64,000 bases of DNA from assembly GCA_000165345.1 (NCBI GenBank), contig CM000436.1, positions 544,001 to 608,000 of the forward strand, in the 5' to 3' direction. The notes below the pieces were generated by a model. That model made no database searches. It was not told the origin of the DNA and was given only the letters and a program-made list of their open reading frames with translations. The number at the start of each line of letters is the position of its first letter. The first letter of the stretch is position 1. Made by a program: the position numbers and the translations under genes. Positions 1 to 12,600 of the stretch are shown here, one piece after another.

Positions 1-3000
1 TTTGATTCAGTTTGTAAATAATTATCATCAGAAAGAATATTCAATTCTGATTTAGATTGGTGATTAATATTAGAAGAATGATCTTCATTTGCAATATCTT
101 CTTTACTATTAGCTGCCAAATATAAATTATGAATATGGGAATTAATCTTGTAAATGGCTTTATTGAATAATGCAAGAAGTTGAGTAGAAGGTGTGGATAG
201 CTCTGAAGAAAGTTCATCAATACTTTTTCTTTGAGATCCAAGTCCAAGCAAAACTGCTGATTGTAAGAAAGAGATAGATACATTTGAAATCCTATTTTCG
301 AAATAAAGCTGACTTATGATTGGAACTAAGTCAGAAATGGAAGAATAATCAGCCATTTGTCTTGCATATCTTGTAAGACGAACGCAATCATTATCAGTTA
401 AAAAGCAATGCAAATTTCTTTCATTCAAAATAGGCTTCAATTGAGTGAGATCTTGATTAGAGCATGACTCAGAAGATGGAATTGTGTCTTTTTTTGAAAT
501 AAGATTCTTATAAGACATAGTAAGAGAAAGTGCAAGAGGAACAGGCATTTGCTTGAACTGAGGAGATGATACATATTGAATAGTTCTTGATGAGAAATCC
601 TGAACAAATGAAGATAGCCAACAATCTCCAATAGATCTAAGTAAAATAGCAGAATGCTCTCCAGTTACTTCACTGACTTGTTGTCTAATATATACAGGTA
701 AGAATCCCAATTTTGACCAGAATTTAAGAAGTTCAGAAGTAATACCAAAGGCTGTTCCAATATAGTCAATACGTTCAGTTTCTTTAAGAATATATTGGAT
801 ATCTTCAATAGGTTCTAACAAGGGTGGAATTTCTTTTGACCTTTCTATTACCTCACTTCTAAGATCCGAAGAATTATGATTATTATTTTCTCTAATAGAA
901 GGAACAATTTCCTTTCGTATTTTTACTTGAGACTTCGGTAAATCTCCCATTTGTATATGTTCAATAGGGTCAGAATATAAGCCTTGATTACTTTCACGAA
1001 GATTTTCCAGCTTGTTGATGAGTTGTTTAATGGCATAAGTACCATATCCCATTCTTTGAGCTGAAGGGTGAGTAGCTATCCTTACAATTCTAAGCCCAGT
1101 TAACTTTCCAAAATCATCTCTAGCAAGATGATTGCATAATGTCCACGGAATAAGATCTCCAGAAGGTCTTAATCCTCTAGAAAGAGAGGCTTTAATATGT
1201 TCAGATGTTATTGAACCTTCAACAGCAACTTGAATTGCAACAAGAATTGGTGGGATACTTTTAGTATTTGGGTCAAATGGAGGCAATAACACAAATATTC
1301 TATGTGTTGGAGCATCTGAAAGAAGCATCAAGTCATTTGGGGTATTTTTATAATGTGAAGAAACAAATAAAGACATTAAATTATGAAGGAATTTTTCGCT
1401 GGCTGAATGATAAGAAAATAATGCATCCCTATCAACATGATATAAGGTGCATAAAGATGGAGGTGCCAAAGTCTTGGAGAGAGATTTAGAAGGAGATCCA
1501 ATATCTTTAGAAATATCTACCCCAGAAAAGAGAGGAGGATTTGTAGAGTCCAAACATAGAAGATTGTGTAGCCAAGACTCAATGGGATCTTTTCTTCCAT
1601 ATCTTATAGGCTCTTCTAAATTAAGCTCAGAGAATGAATTCACAGAATAATCAGACTGATTGTTTGTATTAGAGCTAATGGGTAAATTTTCATTATTATT
1701 TAATGATTTCTTTTTAAGATCATTAATAAGTTTAAGAGAAAGAGCTCTACCGGTACCCTCGTATCCATTAATAGTTGATGAAAAGATGAACAAATGATTT
1801 CCAAGGAACTTTTTAACAATTGGAAGTGGTATAGCAGCAGCTTCGTCCATTACAACTATCTCAGCTTGGGAAACTAGGTGGTAATCTTCTGGTTTAATAT
1901 ACTGAATAGTTTGTCTATGGTCCTTAAATATATTTACTCGAATAAGCCTGGAAACTGAATGAGAGAAATCCCCTCCAACTCTGGAGTCTATTGTTTTAGA
2001 TCTAACAAGTTCAAAATGCTTATGTTCAAGATATCCAAGGCTTTGAAGCCCAATCTCAATAAATTCAAAAACTGTTAATACATTTTCAGCTGAAGGAGCT
2101 GTGATAAATATGTTACTAAATCCTTGAGAAACTGCGCATGCAAGAGAAAGTCCTAATGCTGCAGACTTTCCTCTTCCTCTTCCAGCTGTTAAAGAAATGA
2201 TTGCATTCATATTTTTTTGGATTATAATTTCAGCCATTTTAAGAACTGTTTGAGCTTGATCAAAAGTGATACAATTAGAAATAACTTTACCAATCTCAGT
2301 ATCCTTAACATTCTCCTCCAATTGAATGTGTTCTGGAGTTTTCTTACATAATAATGCATTACTACCTATAGATTTCAGGAATCCATTGCTTTTTTCCCCA
2401 ACAGAATCAATTTCTTTATTTTTAGATGTTTTCATCTCCAAGATATGGCTAGAAATTGGAAGTACATTCAACTCATCGTCAACTACAACGCAGTTATTGC
2501 AAGAAGATAAAGAAAGAATAAATCTGGGAATAAATCTTGAAATAATACTCCCTGAATATAAATCTTCATTACACTTCAACTTTCCATGAAAATCCATTGC
2601 AGTTTCATATAAATTCCTTAAAGACGACATTGTTTGAAGGGTAATACAAATCACACCTCCCCCAGAAACTGTTTCAATTGTTCTGCATAAAATATTTGGA
2701 GTAATTGCCTCAAAATCCTGAAGTATACACATTCCAAAAGTTCTACCTAAAATACTATGACTGTCTTTATAATAACAATATCTAATTTCTGCATTTGTAA
2801 CAAAAAGCTCAAATGGATCCTCTAATTGTTCATCTATTTTTCCCTGCTTTGCCTTCTTATTTCTTTGCTTCTGCCTGACCTTTTTATGACTACTAAATCC
2901 CAATTCCTTCTTATAACACCATAATACTGAAGGCTTCTTTGAATGAATATTACTTAAGATATAATATAAATTACAAATCTGGTACCTGCTGTTATCACCA

Positions 3001-3085
3001 ACTATCATAAACATACATCTAACTCTCTTCTCCCTGCATTCTTCCAATAGCAGTTTTAATCTGCTGTCCACTAACTTTTTCATCT
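1..3085 (-). CDS. NAT10: RNA cytidine acetyltransferase NAT10/Kre33 (partial; 3' end runs off window start)
   Basis: Minus-strand open frame from ATG (reverse complement of 3083-3085) to the window edge. It is absent from the ORF track because there is no stop inside the window. Translation contains MFMIVGDNSRYQ, the P-loop-like TAGRGRGKSAALGL, NGYEGTGRALSLKL and the GNAT core ATHPSAQRMGYG, matching the NAT10/Kre33 architecture (DUF1726-helicase-GNAT-tRNA-binding). Confidence 0.85.
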
Positions 3086-3290
3086 TAAATACAACACTTC
3101 TCCTTAACTTGCCTTATTTCATATATCTTTTAAACTATTGTTATAAACTAATTTGTTAAGAATTATTCGTCTCCACCAAGAATTTACTTTTAGAGAGCTT
3201 ATATTTCTATCTCTAATTTTTCAACAATTTCCTTTTGTTTCTTCTCCTTTACCTGGAATTGTCAATTATGGACATTAATACTTTCCACCA

Positions 3291-3312
3291 TGGCGCCTGG
3301 TGTTTGGCGCCC
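3291..3312. promoter_or_regulatory. Tandem E2F-like TGGCGCC boxes upstream of NAT10
   Basis: catggcgcctggtgtttggcgccc. Confidence 0.55.
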
Positions 3313-3789
3313 TTGATGCCTTAAAATGTATTAAAATTGTATAATTTCTTTTGTTTAATTTCTTCCTAAATTTGTAATTGTTTTATCGTTCTTACTGAAA
3401 GCAGCTTCAATAATGCGACTGCATATTTTTTTTCATTCTTTCTTCACTTTTTACATCTCAACTCACTTCGCCTATTCTCTCTCGAATTCTTTAATCACTA
3501 CCCGTATATTTAATTTTTTAAATAGCTGTCATGCATGCATTAATCATTTTTCTTCTTTGTAATTTTATGTGGACTGCATGTACAAAAAAATTTAATACCG
3601 GCGTGCAAATGATTTGGCAAAAAAAAAAGTACACGTCATTGCATGCGTTGCAAATATGAAATTAATTCTAAACAATTACTAATAGAAAAATGGATAAACA
3701 GAAAAAAATTATAAAAATATACTTTTCCAATAAAAACGTAGAAATTGATTGGAAAATATTCAAGTAGTATTAGTAAAGAAAAGTTTTTA

Positions 3790-4662
3790 CTAATTCTTAG
3801 GGAGTTTGGATGAATTAGAAATGAACTTATTAATATAATTAAAAAGGCCATATTTCCTTCTTTGATCAGCTTGGAAATTGGAACCAATATCAATGTAACT
3901 ATCAAACAAATTTGTAGAATCTGATCGATCATAATTGTAGGAAAAGAGATAAGAGCCATAAAATCCGTCCAAGATTTTGTAAAAGTTATTCCAATGGAGA
4001 ATTTCTTCAAATTTAAGACGTCTATACAAGTTAATTGCGCTTGAATTATAATCAACAACATGAAGAAATAATGCATTAACTGTTGGGCTGAATTTCTGAT
4101 AATATCCTATTACAGTATTTAAAAGTTGTTTGGCAATCCCAAGAAACCTGAACTCTTCGACTACTCCCATTGTTAAAATATAAACCAGATATTTGTAAAC
4201 ATTCACCCCAAATGGAGATGGACTAATTTCAAAACTTTCATCTTGAATTTTCTCACGTAACTCTTGTAATAAAAATGGTTCAGGTATACTCTTAATCACA
4301 TGCTTATAATCATTATCTTTAATAATTCTACAATCTTGAGAAGTTGTAACAAATCCGATAATCAACTCATCGCTTTCAAAATAACTGGATTCTAAACTCT
4401 CTCTAAGCCTCCAAACAGCTACCCAGCCGTGAGTTATTCCAGAAGCAATGCCTTCGTAAAATTGTTTATCGTAAACTATTGGAAAGAGCTCCTTATGAAG
4501 CTCTTCGAGCTGAGCAACATCCTCAGGAATTACTCTTCTAAAATCAATAATTGGATTCTTTGTAGGGTTTTCATGTTTCCAACCCTGGTAAACATCGTGG
4601 ACTCTACTGCATTTAGCTGGATTCTTAAGTTCTGGAGGAAAGGCTGAAGATATAGTAGTCAT
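3790..4662 (-). CDS. GNAT-family N-acetyltransferase
   Basis: 290-aa ORF with ATG start. It has an acetyl-CoA binding motif A-like segment MGVVEEFRFLGIAKQLL. Subfamily is not resolved. Confidence 0.55.
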   Translation of the reverse strand: MTTISSAFPPELKNPAKCSRVHDVYQGWKHENPTKNPIIDFRRVIPEDVAQLEELHKELFPIVYDKQFYEGIASGITHGWVAVWRLRESLESSYFESDELIIGFVTTSQDCRIIKDNDYKHVIKSIPEPFLLQELREKIQDESFEISPSPFGVNVYKYLVYILTMGVVEEFRFLGIAKQLLNTVIGYYQKFSPTVNALFLHVVDYNSSAINLYRRLKFEEILHWNNFYKILDGFYGSYLFSYNYDRSDSTNLFDSYIDIGSNFQADQRRKYGLFNYINKFISNSSKLPKN

Positions 4663-5077
4663 TAATAAATATATATCTCAAGTAGCCCCAACTTAACTTA
4701 AATGTAAATACAAGAACTAATGCATTTCCCCCACCTTATTGGGTTCTATATCAGCTTTCAGAAGAGCTTTCAGTTCCAAAATCTAATTCAACAAAGTCTT
4801 ACCCTTTGAGAATAATTGTCAAACAAACTTCACTCTCGTTATGGAGCAATAAAGAAAGCCAGAACTCTTCTTTCTCTCACGTTTAAATTACTTATTTGTT
4901 ATAACAAATCAACTTTTATTGCAAGTAGTAATTTTTATTTACATCATACAGAGGCAAATTAAATTCCGGGAGTTATATTCTTTTTTTTAAACCAATACCA
5001 TTTGAAGTTGGCGCCCAAATATTAATTACATGCAAAGAACTTATAATAAATTTAATAGAAAGATTGAAAATGATCAA

Positions 5078-6244
5078 TTACTTCAAAACTGAGGAACTAA
5101 ATAAAACAAGTTGGGCCCATCCAGGAAGCAGACGAAATTTGTCTCTAAAAAATTGAGCACCCATTACGTATTTGTTTTTGCTAAGTGAAGTATTATTAAG
5201 AAATTTAACGTGTTTACAAATATATTTGAGGATGTGAGTATCTACAGGAACAGCAGCAGAAAAACCAAATCCAGACAAAAGAACAAAATCTGCAACTTTT
5301 TGACCGATTCCATGGAACTTTTGAAGATATAATGTTGCATTCGAATAATCCAAAGACTTAATATAGTCAACAAATACCCTATCGCTTTCAAATTTTTGAT
5401 TCAATTCTTTTGATATGGAGATAATACTCTTGGCACGATATCCTACTCCACACTTTTCTCTGAGCATTTCTTCTGAAGCGTTATTGAAGATTTGTAAGGA
5501 TGTTGGAAATGAAAAATAATGGTAATCTATATCTAATTCACTCTCATCAGTTTCATTGCAGGAAACTATTTCAGAATCACTAATGTTACACAAAAATGTT
5601 CCAAGATTTTTTCTCATGTTTTTGACTATTGAAGTGATTCTTGATATATTATTATTTGCAGTAATAACTCCAACAAAGAGAGCTTCAATTGGATCAATAT
5701 TTAAAAGTCTAATCCCTTTAGGAGAAGATGATATACAAGGATCAGCCTCATTCCAGTTCATGTAAGCTTCAGAAAGTGAGTGTATTGGTTGTTCTAGTTC
5801 TGCCATTTTTGATTCATTTTCCCAATTGAAATCAAGGTTCAAATAATGTCTGATATGTTCATTTGGAGTTGAATTGCAGCAGTAAAATATCGATAATTTA
5901 ATTGAAGTCTCCCTCTTACATAAATCATCGTCTATATTTGGTATTAATATATTCTTTTCATCTTTTATTACCTTATTCTTCTTTAATGGAATATTCTCAA
6001 TTTCTTGATCATCATAATCATCCAATTCCTCATCTTTGATTACTTTGCTACATCCATCGTAAAGGCACCTGTAAAGTGTATCATTTTCAAGCTCTTTAAG
6101 CTGGAATACTCTATGTCCAAGAATTCCAACAAATGAATCTTTTGAGACTTTTCTCCAAGAAAAAGACTGACCAGCTGGTAAACATTTTGAGATTCTTAAT
6201 TCTTCCCTAGGAACATTCAAGCTCTCAAACTTTATTTGATTCAT
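5078..6244 (-). CDS. OGG1: 8-oxoguanine DNA glycosylase (OGG1)
   Basis: 388-aa ORF. N-terminal OGG_N-like segment LPAGQSFSWRK. HhH-GPD motif HGIGQKVADFVLL...AVPVDTHI with the catalytic Asp context. Confidence 0.8.
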   Translation of the reverse strand: MNQIKFESLNVPREELRISKCLPAGQSFSWRKVSKDSFVGILGHRVFQLKELENDTLYRCLYDGCSKVIKDEELDDYDDQEIENIPLKKNKVIKDEKNILIPNIDDDLCKRETSIKLSIFYCCNSTPNEHIRHYLNLDFNWENESKMAELEQPIHSLSEAYMNWNEADPCISSSPKGIRLLNIDPIEALFVGVITANNNISRITSIVKNMRKNLGTFLCNISDSEIVSCNETDESELDIDYHYFSFPTSLQIFNNASEEMLREKCGVGYRAKSIISISKELNQKFESDRVFVDYIKSLDYSNATLYLQKFHGIGQKVADFVLLSGFGFSAAVPVDTHILKYICKHVKFLNNTSLSKNKYVMGAQFFRDKFRLLPGWAQLVLFSSSVLK

Positions 6245-6741
6245 TAATATTTAAGAGAACAACCTATAAAAATTTCATCAAAACTATACCTTCTAATACT
6301 TTTGAAACTCTTGGTATATATATTATATTTATTTCTAAAGAATTTGCGCTCAACTCTTTACTTGGAGTAACTCAATTTCAAGAAAACCAAGATTGCTGTT
6401 TAATTATCACAAATTCTACAAACACTCTCAAATATTTCGTCAAATAGTGAAGATGGCTAATGATTATTCAGCAAACCAATTTTTTTTGTTGCTACCTTAA
6501 CTTTGTCAAAGAATCGCAAATAAGCCCTAATACAAGAGGAAAAAACTTATCTAAATCAACATGATGAAACAATGACTACAATTTCCTAAAGGTACCTAGC
6601 ATATTGTTGGAAATATTATTTATATCGTTATATCATTATACTAAATTAAGTGGGGTATCTTTATATTCCTTAATCCTTTATTTTTAATACGTGCAATACC
6701 TCCACTTCAATTACAACTTCATTGTAATGTAATTCAGAATT

Positions 6742-6766
6742 AGGCGCCAGTCTATTGGCGCCAAAA
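6742..6766. promoter_or_regulatory. Tandem E2F-like boxes (AGGCGCC, TTGGCGCCAAAA) in the OGG1/TBP divergent promoter
   Basis: taggcgccagtctattggcgccaaaaggg. Confidence 0.55.
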
Positions 6767-7134
6767 GGGATAATATATACATTTTTTGACTGGATAATTT
6801 AGATAATTAAGTGGAAGGGAAAGGGAAAGGAAAAGCAACAGAAATAATTGGAAGAAAGTGACATTTTGGTTTAAGGAGTAAAAGGTTCCTTCAACTTTTA
6901 TATGACTTCTGGAGTCTTTTTAAATTACGAAAACTCGATTTGAAATCTCAGTAATTTGTTGGAATTATCAGATTTGGCAAGGTACTACTACAATAATTTC
7001 GTACTAAAGAAGCTAAGAACGTGTAATTACATGTAGATATTTGTAATATATAAGAGAATAAGAAGAGAATATATTTAGGAAGAATAGAAGAAATAATTAT
7101 TAAATGCAAAAGAATTTGTATATAACAAAAAAAA

Positions 7135-7884
7135 ATGAGTGATGACATACTAAGTTCACTATTTGATCCTCCTTCGACTCCTTCATCAGGCTCTAGATCT
7201 ACCTCAGCATCTTTTCTATATGATATGGAATTGATGCCTGACAAGAGCGTAGTGAATGAGAAGATTATTGAAGCATCTAATAGTATTATAGAAAGCTCAA
7301 ATGAAATTGTGGATTTAACAATTAGAAATGAGAGTATAACACCTGAGATTCAGAATATTATTGCAAGTGTTCATTTGCAGTGTGAGTTGGATTTAAGGAT
7401 GATTGCCATTAGTGCTAGAAATGCAGAGTATAATCCTAAAAAGGTGAATGCAGTTGTAATGAGATTAAGAGACCCTAAATGTACAGGCTTACTATTTAGA
7501 AGTGGGAGACTAATGATAACTGGAGCAAGGCTAGAAAATGATGCTAAATTAGGTGGAAAGAAAATGGCTAAAATTTGTCAAAAGAGTGGATTTCCAAAGG
7601 TAAAGTTTACAAATTTCAAGATGGAAAACATTATAGCAACAGCAGATTGTAAGTTCCCAATAAGGTTAGAAGGTTTGGCTTATGACCACAGAGACTTTTG
7701 TAATTATGAACCAGAATTATTTCCTGGTTTAGTTTATCGTTACCACCCAGATAACTCACCAACTAAAGCTGTTTTGCTATTGTTTGTTTCCGGTAAAGTA
7801 ATTGTGACTGGTTGTAAGAATTATCAGGAAATCTGTAATGTTTTTGATAATATCTACCCTGTTCTTTGTCAATACAGAAAGTAA
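7135..7884 (+). CDS. TBP: TATA-box binding protein
   Basis: 249 aa. Two TBP repeats: IIASVHLQCELDLRMIAISARNAEYNPKKVNAVVMRLRDPKCTGLLFRSGRLMITGA and NIIATADCKFPIRLEGLA...FPGLVYRYHP..KAVLLLFVSGKVIVTG. An E2F-like site lies in the upstream divergent promoter. Confidence 0.9.
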   Translation: MSDDILSSLFDPPSTPSSGSRSTSASFLYDMELMPDKSVVNEKIIEASNSIIESSNEIVDLTIRNESITPEIQNIIASVHLQCELDLRMIAISARNAEYNPKKVNAVVMRLRDPKCTGLLFRSGRLMITGARLENDAKLGGKKMAKICQKSGFPKVKFTNFKMENIIATADCKFPIRLEGLAYDHRDFCNYEPELFPGLVYRYHPDNSPTKAVLLLFVSGKVIVTGCKNYQEICNVFDNIYPVLCQYRK

Positions 7885-7999
7885 GGTAAAAGTTAAAGCT
7901 CAAACTTAAGCTCGAGAATTTACAGTTATATGTTATATATTTATAATTATTATACTTTATAATTTATTATTGTTTAGTTGAAATTAATTTTTATTTTAA

Positions 8000-8713
8000 T
8001 TAAAAATCCTCATCTAAAGAAAATTCGAACTTTAAATAGTTCTTTTCTGTGTTGTTCTCATTTTCCTTTAAAGAATTATTTTCTGTATCATAATAATGAG
8101 AATATATACTATTTATAAAATGTGAATTATATAAATATTCTTTCTTCACGATATCATTTATCATTGGCGCATTAAACTCTGAAATATCGGACATATTTGT
8201 TTGACTTTGGTTATATATTTGACTTTGGCTTTGACTTTGCAATTGGCTTTGGCATTGGCTTTGGAATTGGCTTTGAATTTGGCATTGGCTTTGGTTCTGA
8301 CTTTGACTTTGACTTTGGCTTTGACTTTGGCTTTGGCTTGCAATCAAATTAATATTTGAGTTTAACTTTTCCATACTTTGTTCAAGTAGTTTATTTGAAA
8401 GAATAGAACATAAGGACTCCAAGAGGTAAAAATCTGCCTCAATTAATAAACCCCTAATTATATGGTCTTTATTCGGTATAGCTACAATTGTTCCAGTTCT
8501 TAGATAGTCTAAAATATATTGAAATAGAAACCCATTTCTATCAATAAACAATTCAATAACTTCTTCACTTTGTAAATTTGTATTATAACTGTTTTCTGTT
8601 CTTGATAAATATGCAGAAAAGTAATTTGAATCGCCATTTACACTTAGTAAAGTAGTATTTGTTGTCTCATAGAAAATTCCTCCCACATTTAATTTAATTC
8701 TTTTCTCATCCAT
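8000..8713 (-). CDS. BTB/POZ (K-channel tetramerisation type) domain protein with SQ repeat
   Basis: 237 aa. N-terminal IKLNVGGIFYETTNTTL...FIDRNGFLFQYILDYLRTG is BTB_2/KCTD-like. The C-terminal half carries a (SQ)n run encoded by an imperfect hexamer repeat. Confidence 0.6.
   Translation of the reverse strand: MDEKRIKLNVGGIFYETTNTTLLSVNGDSNYFSAYLSRTENSYNTNLQSEEVIELFIDRNGFLFQYILDYLRTGTIVAIPNKDHIIRGLLIEADFYLLESLCSILSNKLLEQSMEKLNSNINLIASQSQSQSQSQSQSQNQSQCQIQSQFQSQCQSQLQSQSQSQIYNQSQTNMSDISEFNAPMINDIVKKEYLYNSHFINSIYSHYYDTENNSLKENENNTEKNYLKFEFSLDEDF
8210..8340. repeat. Imperfect hexamer tandem repeat (GCTTTG/GACTTTG units) encoding the SQ/SQC run
   Basis: Direct reading of ttggctttgactttgcaattggctttggcattggctttgg... 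inside the BTB CDS. The alternate-frame ORF 8161-8343 is an artefact of this repeat. Confidence 0.8.
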
Positions 8714-9008
8714 TTTTATAATAATTTCTTATCTATATCTCAAGCAACGCACTTGTAATTTAAGTCAAGTCTTTTAAAGTTTGAGATTTGTTTTATTTTT
8801 CAATTATGAAACTTTAAATAACTTTAATAACTCAAACCTTTGAAATATCTTGATTATTTTTTTTAATTACTTTAATCAAAAAAATATTTCATAAATTTAA
8901 ATATATTTAATTTTTTTTCAACTATTGTAAAAATGACTATCCACTAATTTTACTCACCCCATATTTGAAGAGATCCAATAATCCCTCTATATTCACACGC
9001 AGTTTTTC

Positions 9009-9066
9009 TATACCGGTGTCTGCAAATTTTGCAAATGCATGCATGCAATTACATGACGTGGCGACC
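9009..9066. promoter_or_regulatory. Composite element TATACCGG-GTCTGCAAATTTTGCA-TGCATGCATGCA-GACGTGGCGACC in the BTB/RRP5 divergent promoter. Further boxes GTGGCGCGC and TGGCGGGCAA lie at 9251-9276
   Basis: tataccggtgtctgcaaattttgcaaatgcatgcatgcaattacatgacgtggcgaccag. Confidence 0.55.
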
Positions 9067-9638
9067 AGATAGTTTAATATAAAAAAATATATATATATAT
9101 TTATTAAATTTGAGGATAAATATATATATTAAATATTTTTAAAAAATAAAAATTAATTTTAAAGAATAAATGTTCTTCATATAATTGATAAATACACACA
9201 AAACAGAAAAAAAAAAAAATTTTAAGACTAAAATAATTAAAATCCACTACGTGGCGCGCATGGAATGGCGGGCAAGTCTGTCGAGACTGTCTAGGTAATA
9301 GATTTGAGTCAAAATTGACCAGGGTGAAAAATAAATAATTAATATAACAAATTTAATTTCCTTATTTTTTTTTTTTTTTGGGGAAGAGAATTAATTAAAA
9401 ATCCTTCTTTGATTCTTCTAATTCCATCACTGAGAGTGAGTCGAGTTTAGTGAGAAAAGAATATATTCAAGAAGGAAATTGAATTAAAAGAAATTTAAGA
9501 TATTTTAAATCGTATGAAAAGGAAGCTAGGACAAAAATTTGGTAGCTGGTAGTTATCACTATCAGAAAAATTTAAGAAATATTTGAAGCTGAAAAATTAT
9601 AATTTTTAAGAAAAATAATTGCGTGAGGAAAGGTTGTC

Positions 9639-12600
9639 ATGAGTCGAAAGAGGAACCTGAAGAATATTCAAGATGATATTGATGAAGTGGAAGATTTAGA
9701 ACATGGTGATTTTATTGGAATTAAAAGCAAAAATTTGAAAACAATAACATCTTTTACAAATATTGAACGTAGAGATTTAAAGTTAGGAACTTTATTATTT
9801 GGAGTTATCGACCATGTCAGTGAAAAGGAACTTATTATTTCATTACCAGGATCTAACACTGCAATCATATCTATAGAGAATACTCTAGAGGATTCAAGAA
9901 CTATTCCAATTGAATTATTTCAAGAATTGAAGAAGAAATCTCTTGAAGATAGGTTTTCTGTGGGTCAATTTGTAAATGGAGCTATCATTTCCAACAATAA
10001 GATTAAGAATAATATCACTTTGAAACCTTCAATATTGAATGCTGGTTTGAACTCGAATTCAAAATGCTTAAATGTTTTTGGTTATGTTATTTCTGCCTTA
10101 ATTATTTCAAAGGAAAATCATGGATTTAACATCTATACTGGTATTCAAGGAGTGAAAACTGTTTTTATGAAAGTTGAAGAGTCTGAATTTAAAGAATATA
10201 GACTTGGCCAGATTCTTCCTGTTAGTATACATCAATTCTTCAAAGAAAAATCATTATTGATTTGTACTCCAATTTACGATCAGAATGAGAATTCAAAAAT
10301 TGGTAGAAAAGAAATTCTGAGTATTCATGAAATAAAGCCTGGTCTTATGGTTGAATGTCTAATTCATGCTTATAGTCATACTAATCAAAAAGACCAAATC
10401 AGCCAAACCCAAAGTCCTAACAAGAAAAAGAAAGTCTCTGACAAAGTTTCAGTACAACCAAATACAAAATTATTACAATTAAAGAAGGTTGACAAGCAAT
10501 ATGTTACTGACCAGGAATTGGAATCAATTAAAGATTTTCTTCAAAGTGAACATTCTCTTCAAGTTAGCTTTTGTATGGGAACTATGTTGGGTGTTATTCC
10601 AGATGAACATTCTATTCATCCATTATCTTGTTTTTACCCTCAAGAATTTGAATCTTCTTTGACTACGGAAGTTATCAGAAAATCTCCCAAATCCAAGTTT
10701 ATCACTGCTAGAATTATTGCAGTTTCTTCTGGAGCTGATAATAAAATCATTTTATCAACACTTGCTCATAATATTAATCTTAAAAGAGGTAATCAGAAAG
10801 CTATCAGTGAAATATCTATTGGAACAGTCATATCTCCCTCAAATCTTCAAATGAATGATTCTAATACTTTATTAAATTCACTTTCAAATATTACACTATT
10901 TAACTCACAAAGTCAAAAGAAATCTCAAAGTAAAATCAACTTTTTGACCAGAATTTCTGATAAATGGATCTCACTTTCCACCAACCAATTCTCTAAAGAT
11001 TACGATAAAATCGATCAAACCATCAAAACGCAACCATTTAGAGTTATTTCCCATTCTAGATTAGAAAACTCTTTCTTTGTTTCATTTGATCAAAAAGTAG
11101 TACAAGAGAAATACTTCTCATCATATGATGCACTACCTGGTCAAATTGTTAAAGCCACTGTTACTGAAGTTAACAATTGGGGAATCTCTGTTAGACTATC
11201 AGAATATTTCTCAGGTAGAATTTATGCAGAACATCTTTTCAATAGTTCAAGTTCAGGATCAGGATCAATAACAGGAACGAACTTAAGTTCTAATAGCTCT
11301 AAAAGTATGTCCAAAGAACAGATGGATTACATAAAGAAACATTATCAAATTGGAAGAAGCTATCAATTTAAAGTTTTAAGATATGAATATAGTGATAATA
11401 GCTGGAATCCTCTGCTTCTTCTTACAGCTAAACATCTATTAATCAATGATCAATTACCATTAGTAAGATCTATTGATAAATCCTTAAAAATTGGACAAAA
11501 AGTTACAGGATATATTAGTAGAATATGCATACAAAGTACTCAAAAGTCTAATTATAACTCAGATTTGAACCAATCTGAAAAAAGTGACTTTATTATTATT
11601 AGATTCTATGGAGAAGCTTATGGATCAATGTCTTACAAAGAATATATCGACTATTATCAATTTGATAATATTGATGGTATTTCAAAAAAACCAACTATTG
11701 GAGAGGTAATTACTGTTCAAATTAAGAGTATTGATTTAACCAATAAATCTTTAAAACTAACTTTTAGAATGGAAAGTAATGGAGAAGTTGAAGATCCAAA
11801 AACAAGTTCAAATACTCCCTTAAATAGACAATTCCTTGCTCAACTGAAGAACATTAAGTACTCTTTTTATGATGGAATCTTTGATGAGACTATTATCAAT
11901 AGTAAAGGATTTATTTTATTAGGAGTTACAAATCAGGGTCTTTTATTTTCACAAGGTTTAAAAGATTTAGTATATGTACCCAAGTTCTCTATATCAGACA
12001 ATAAGGAGAACTCTGAAAAGATTTATTGTTTATTGGGAGAGGTATATCGAAAATCTAATTCTGTCTCAGACCTTAATTCCAAGATTTCAAAGCTTAAATT
12101 AGCTCCGAGCACTTTAACAGATACTGTTTCAAGACAAACCTTGGAAATGAATTTAATTGGAAGTTCTGGATCTAGTATTAATGTCGAGAATAACTCTATT
12201 ACTTTGAATTTGAATGTCAAGCTTGGATATCTAAAACATTCTATTTTGAATGGAAAACAAGGAGAAGTCATTATCAAAAACCTGAAGAGTCTTACAAATA
12301 ATACCTTATGTCTGGGTTATATTAATCATATTGATCATTATGGATTACTAGTATCAATATTAAGTTCAGAACCTTTAACAGGTATCGTTCCAAGACACTT
12401 AATTAGCTCCAAAGTTTTCTTTGATAGTAAGGAAGAGTTGATGAGACATTTTTCTATTGGAGAGACTTTGCTTCTTAAGGTAGTAAAGCTTGATGAGACA
12501 AACAAAAAAATCACTCTAAGTTTGAAAGATTTGGAAGATGGGACATCGTTAGTTAGAAATTCAACTATTACAAAAAGTATTCTAAAGGATAGACTTGGAG

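Noticed and set aside
3636-4076. 146-aa minus-strand ORF overlapping the 3' end of the GNAT gene
   Set aside because: It has hydrophobic low-complexity translation (I/L/F-rich) typical of AT-rich non-coding frames, and it overlaps a well-supported CDS.
1-5100. Possible functional linkage of NAT10 (RNA acetyltransferase) with the adjacent GNAT acetyltransferase
   Set aside because: Both are acetyltransferases but of different subfamilies. Both sit on the minus strand with a normal intergenic spacer between them. Adjacency is most simply coincidence in a gene-dense genome.
8161-8343. 60-aa ORF (KAKVKAKVKVKV...) on the minus strand
   Set aside because: It is an alternate-frame reading of the SQ hexamer repeat inside the BTB CDS, a pure repeat artefact.
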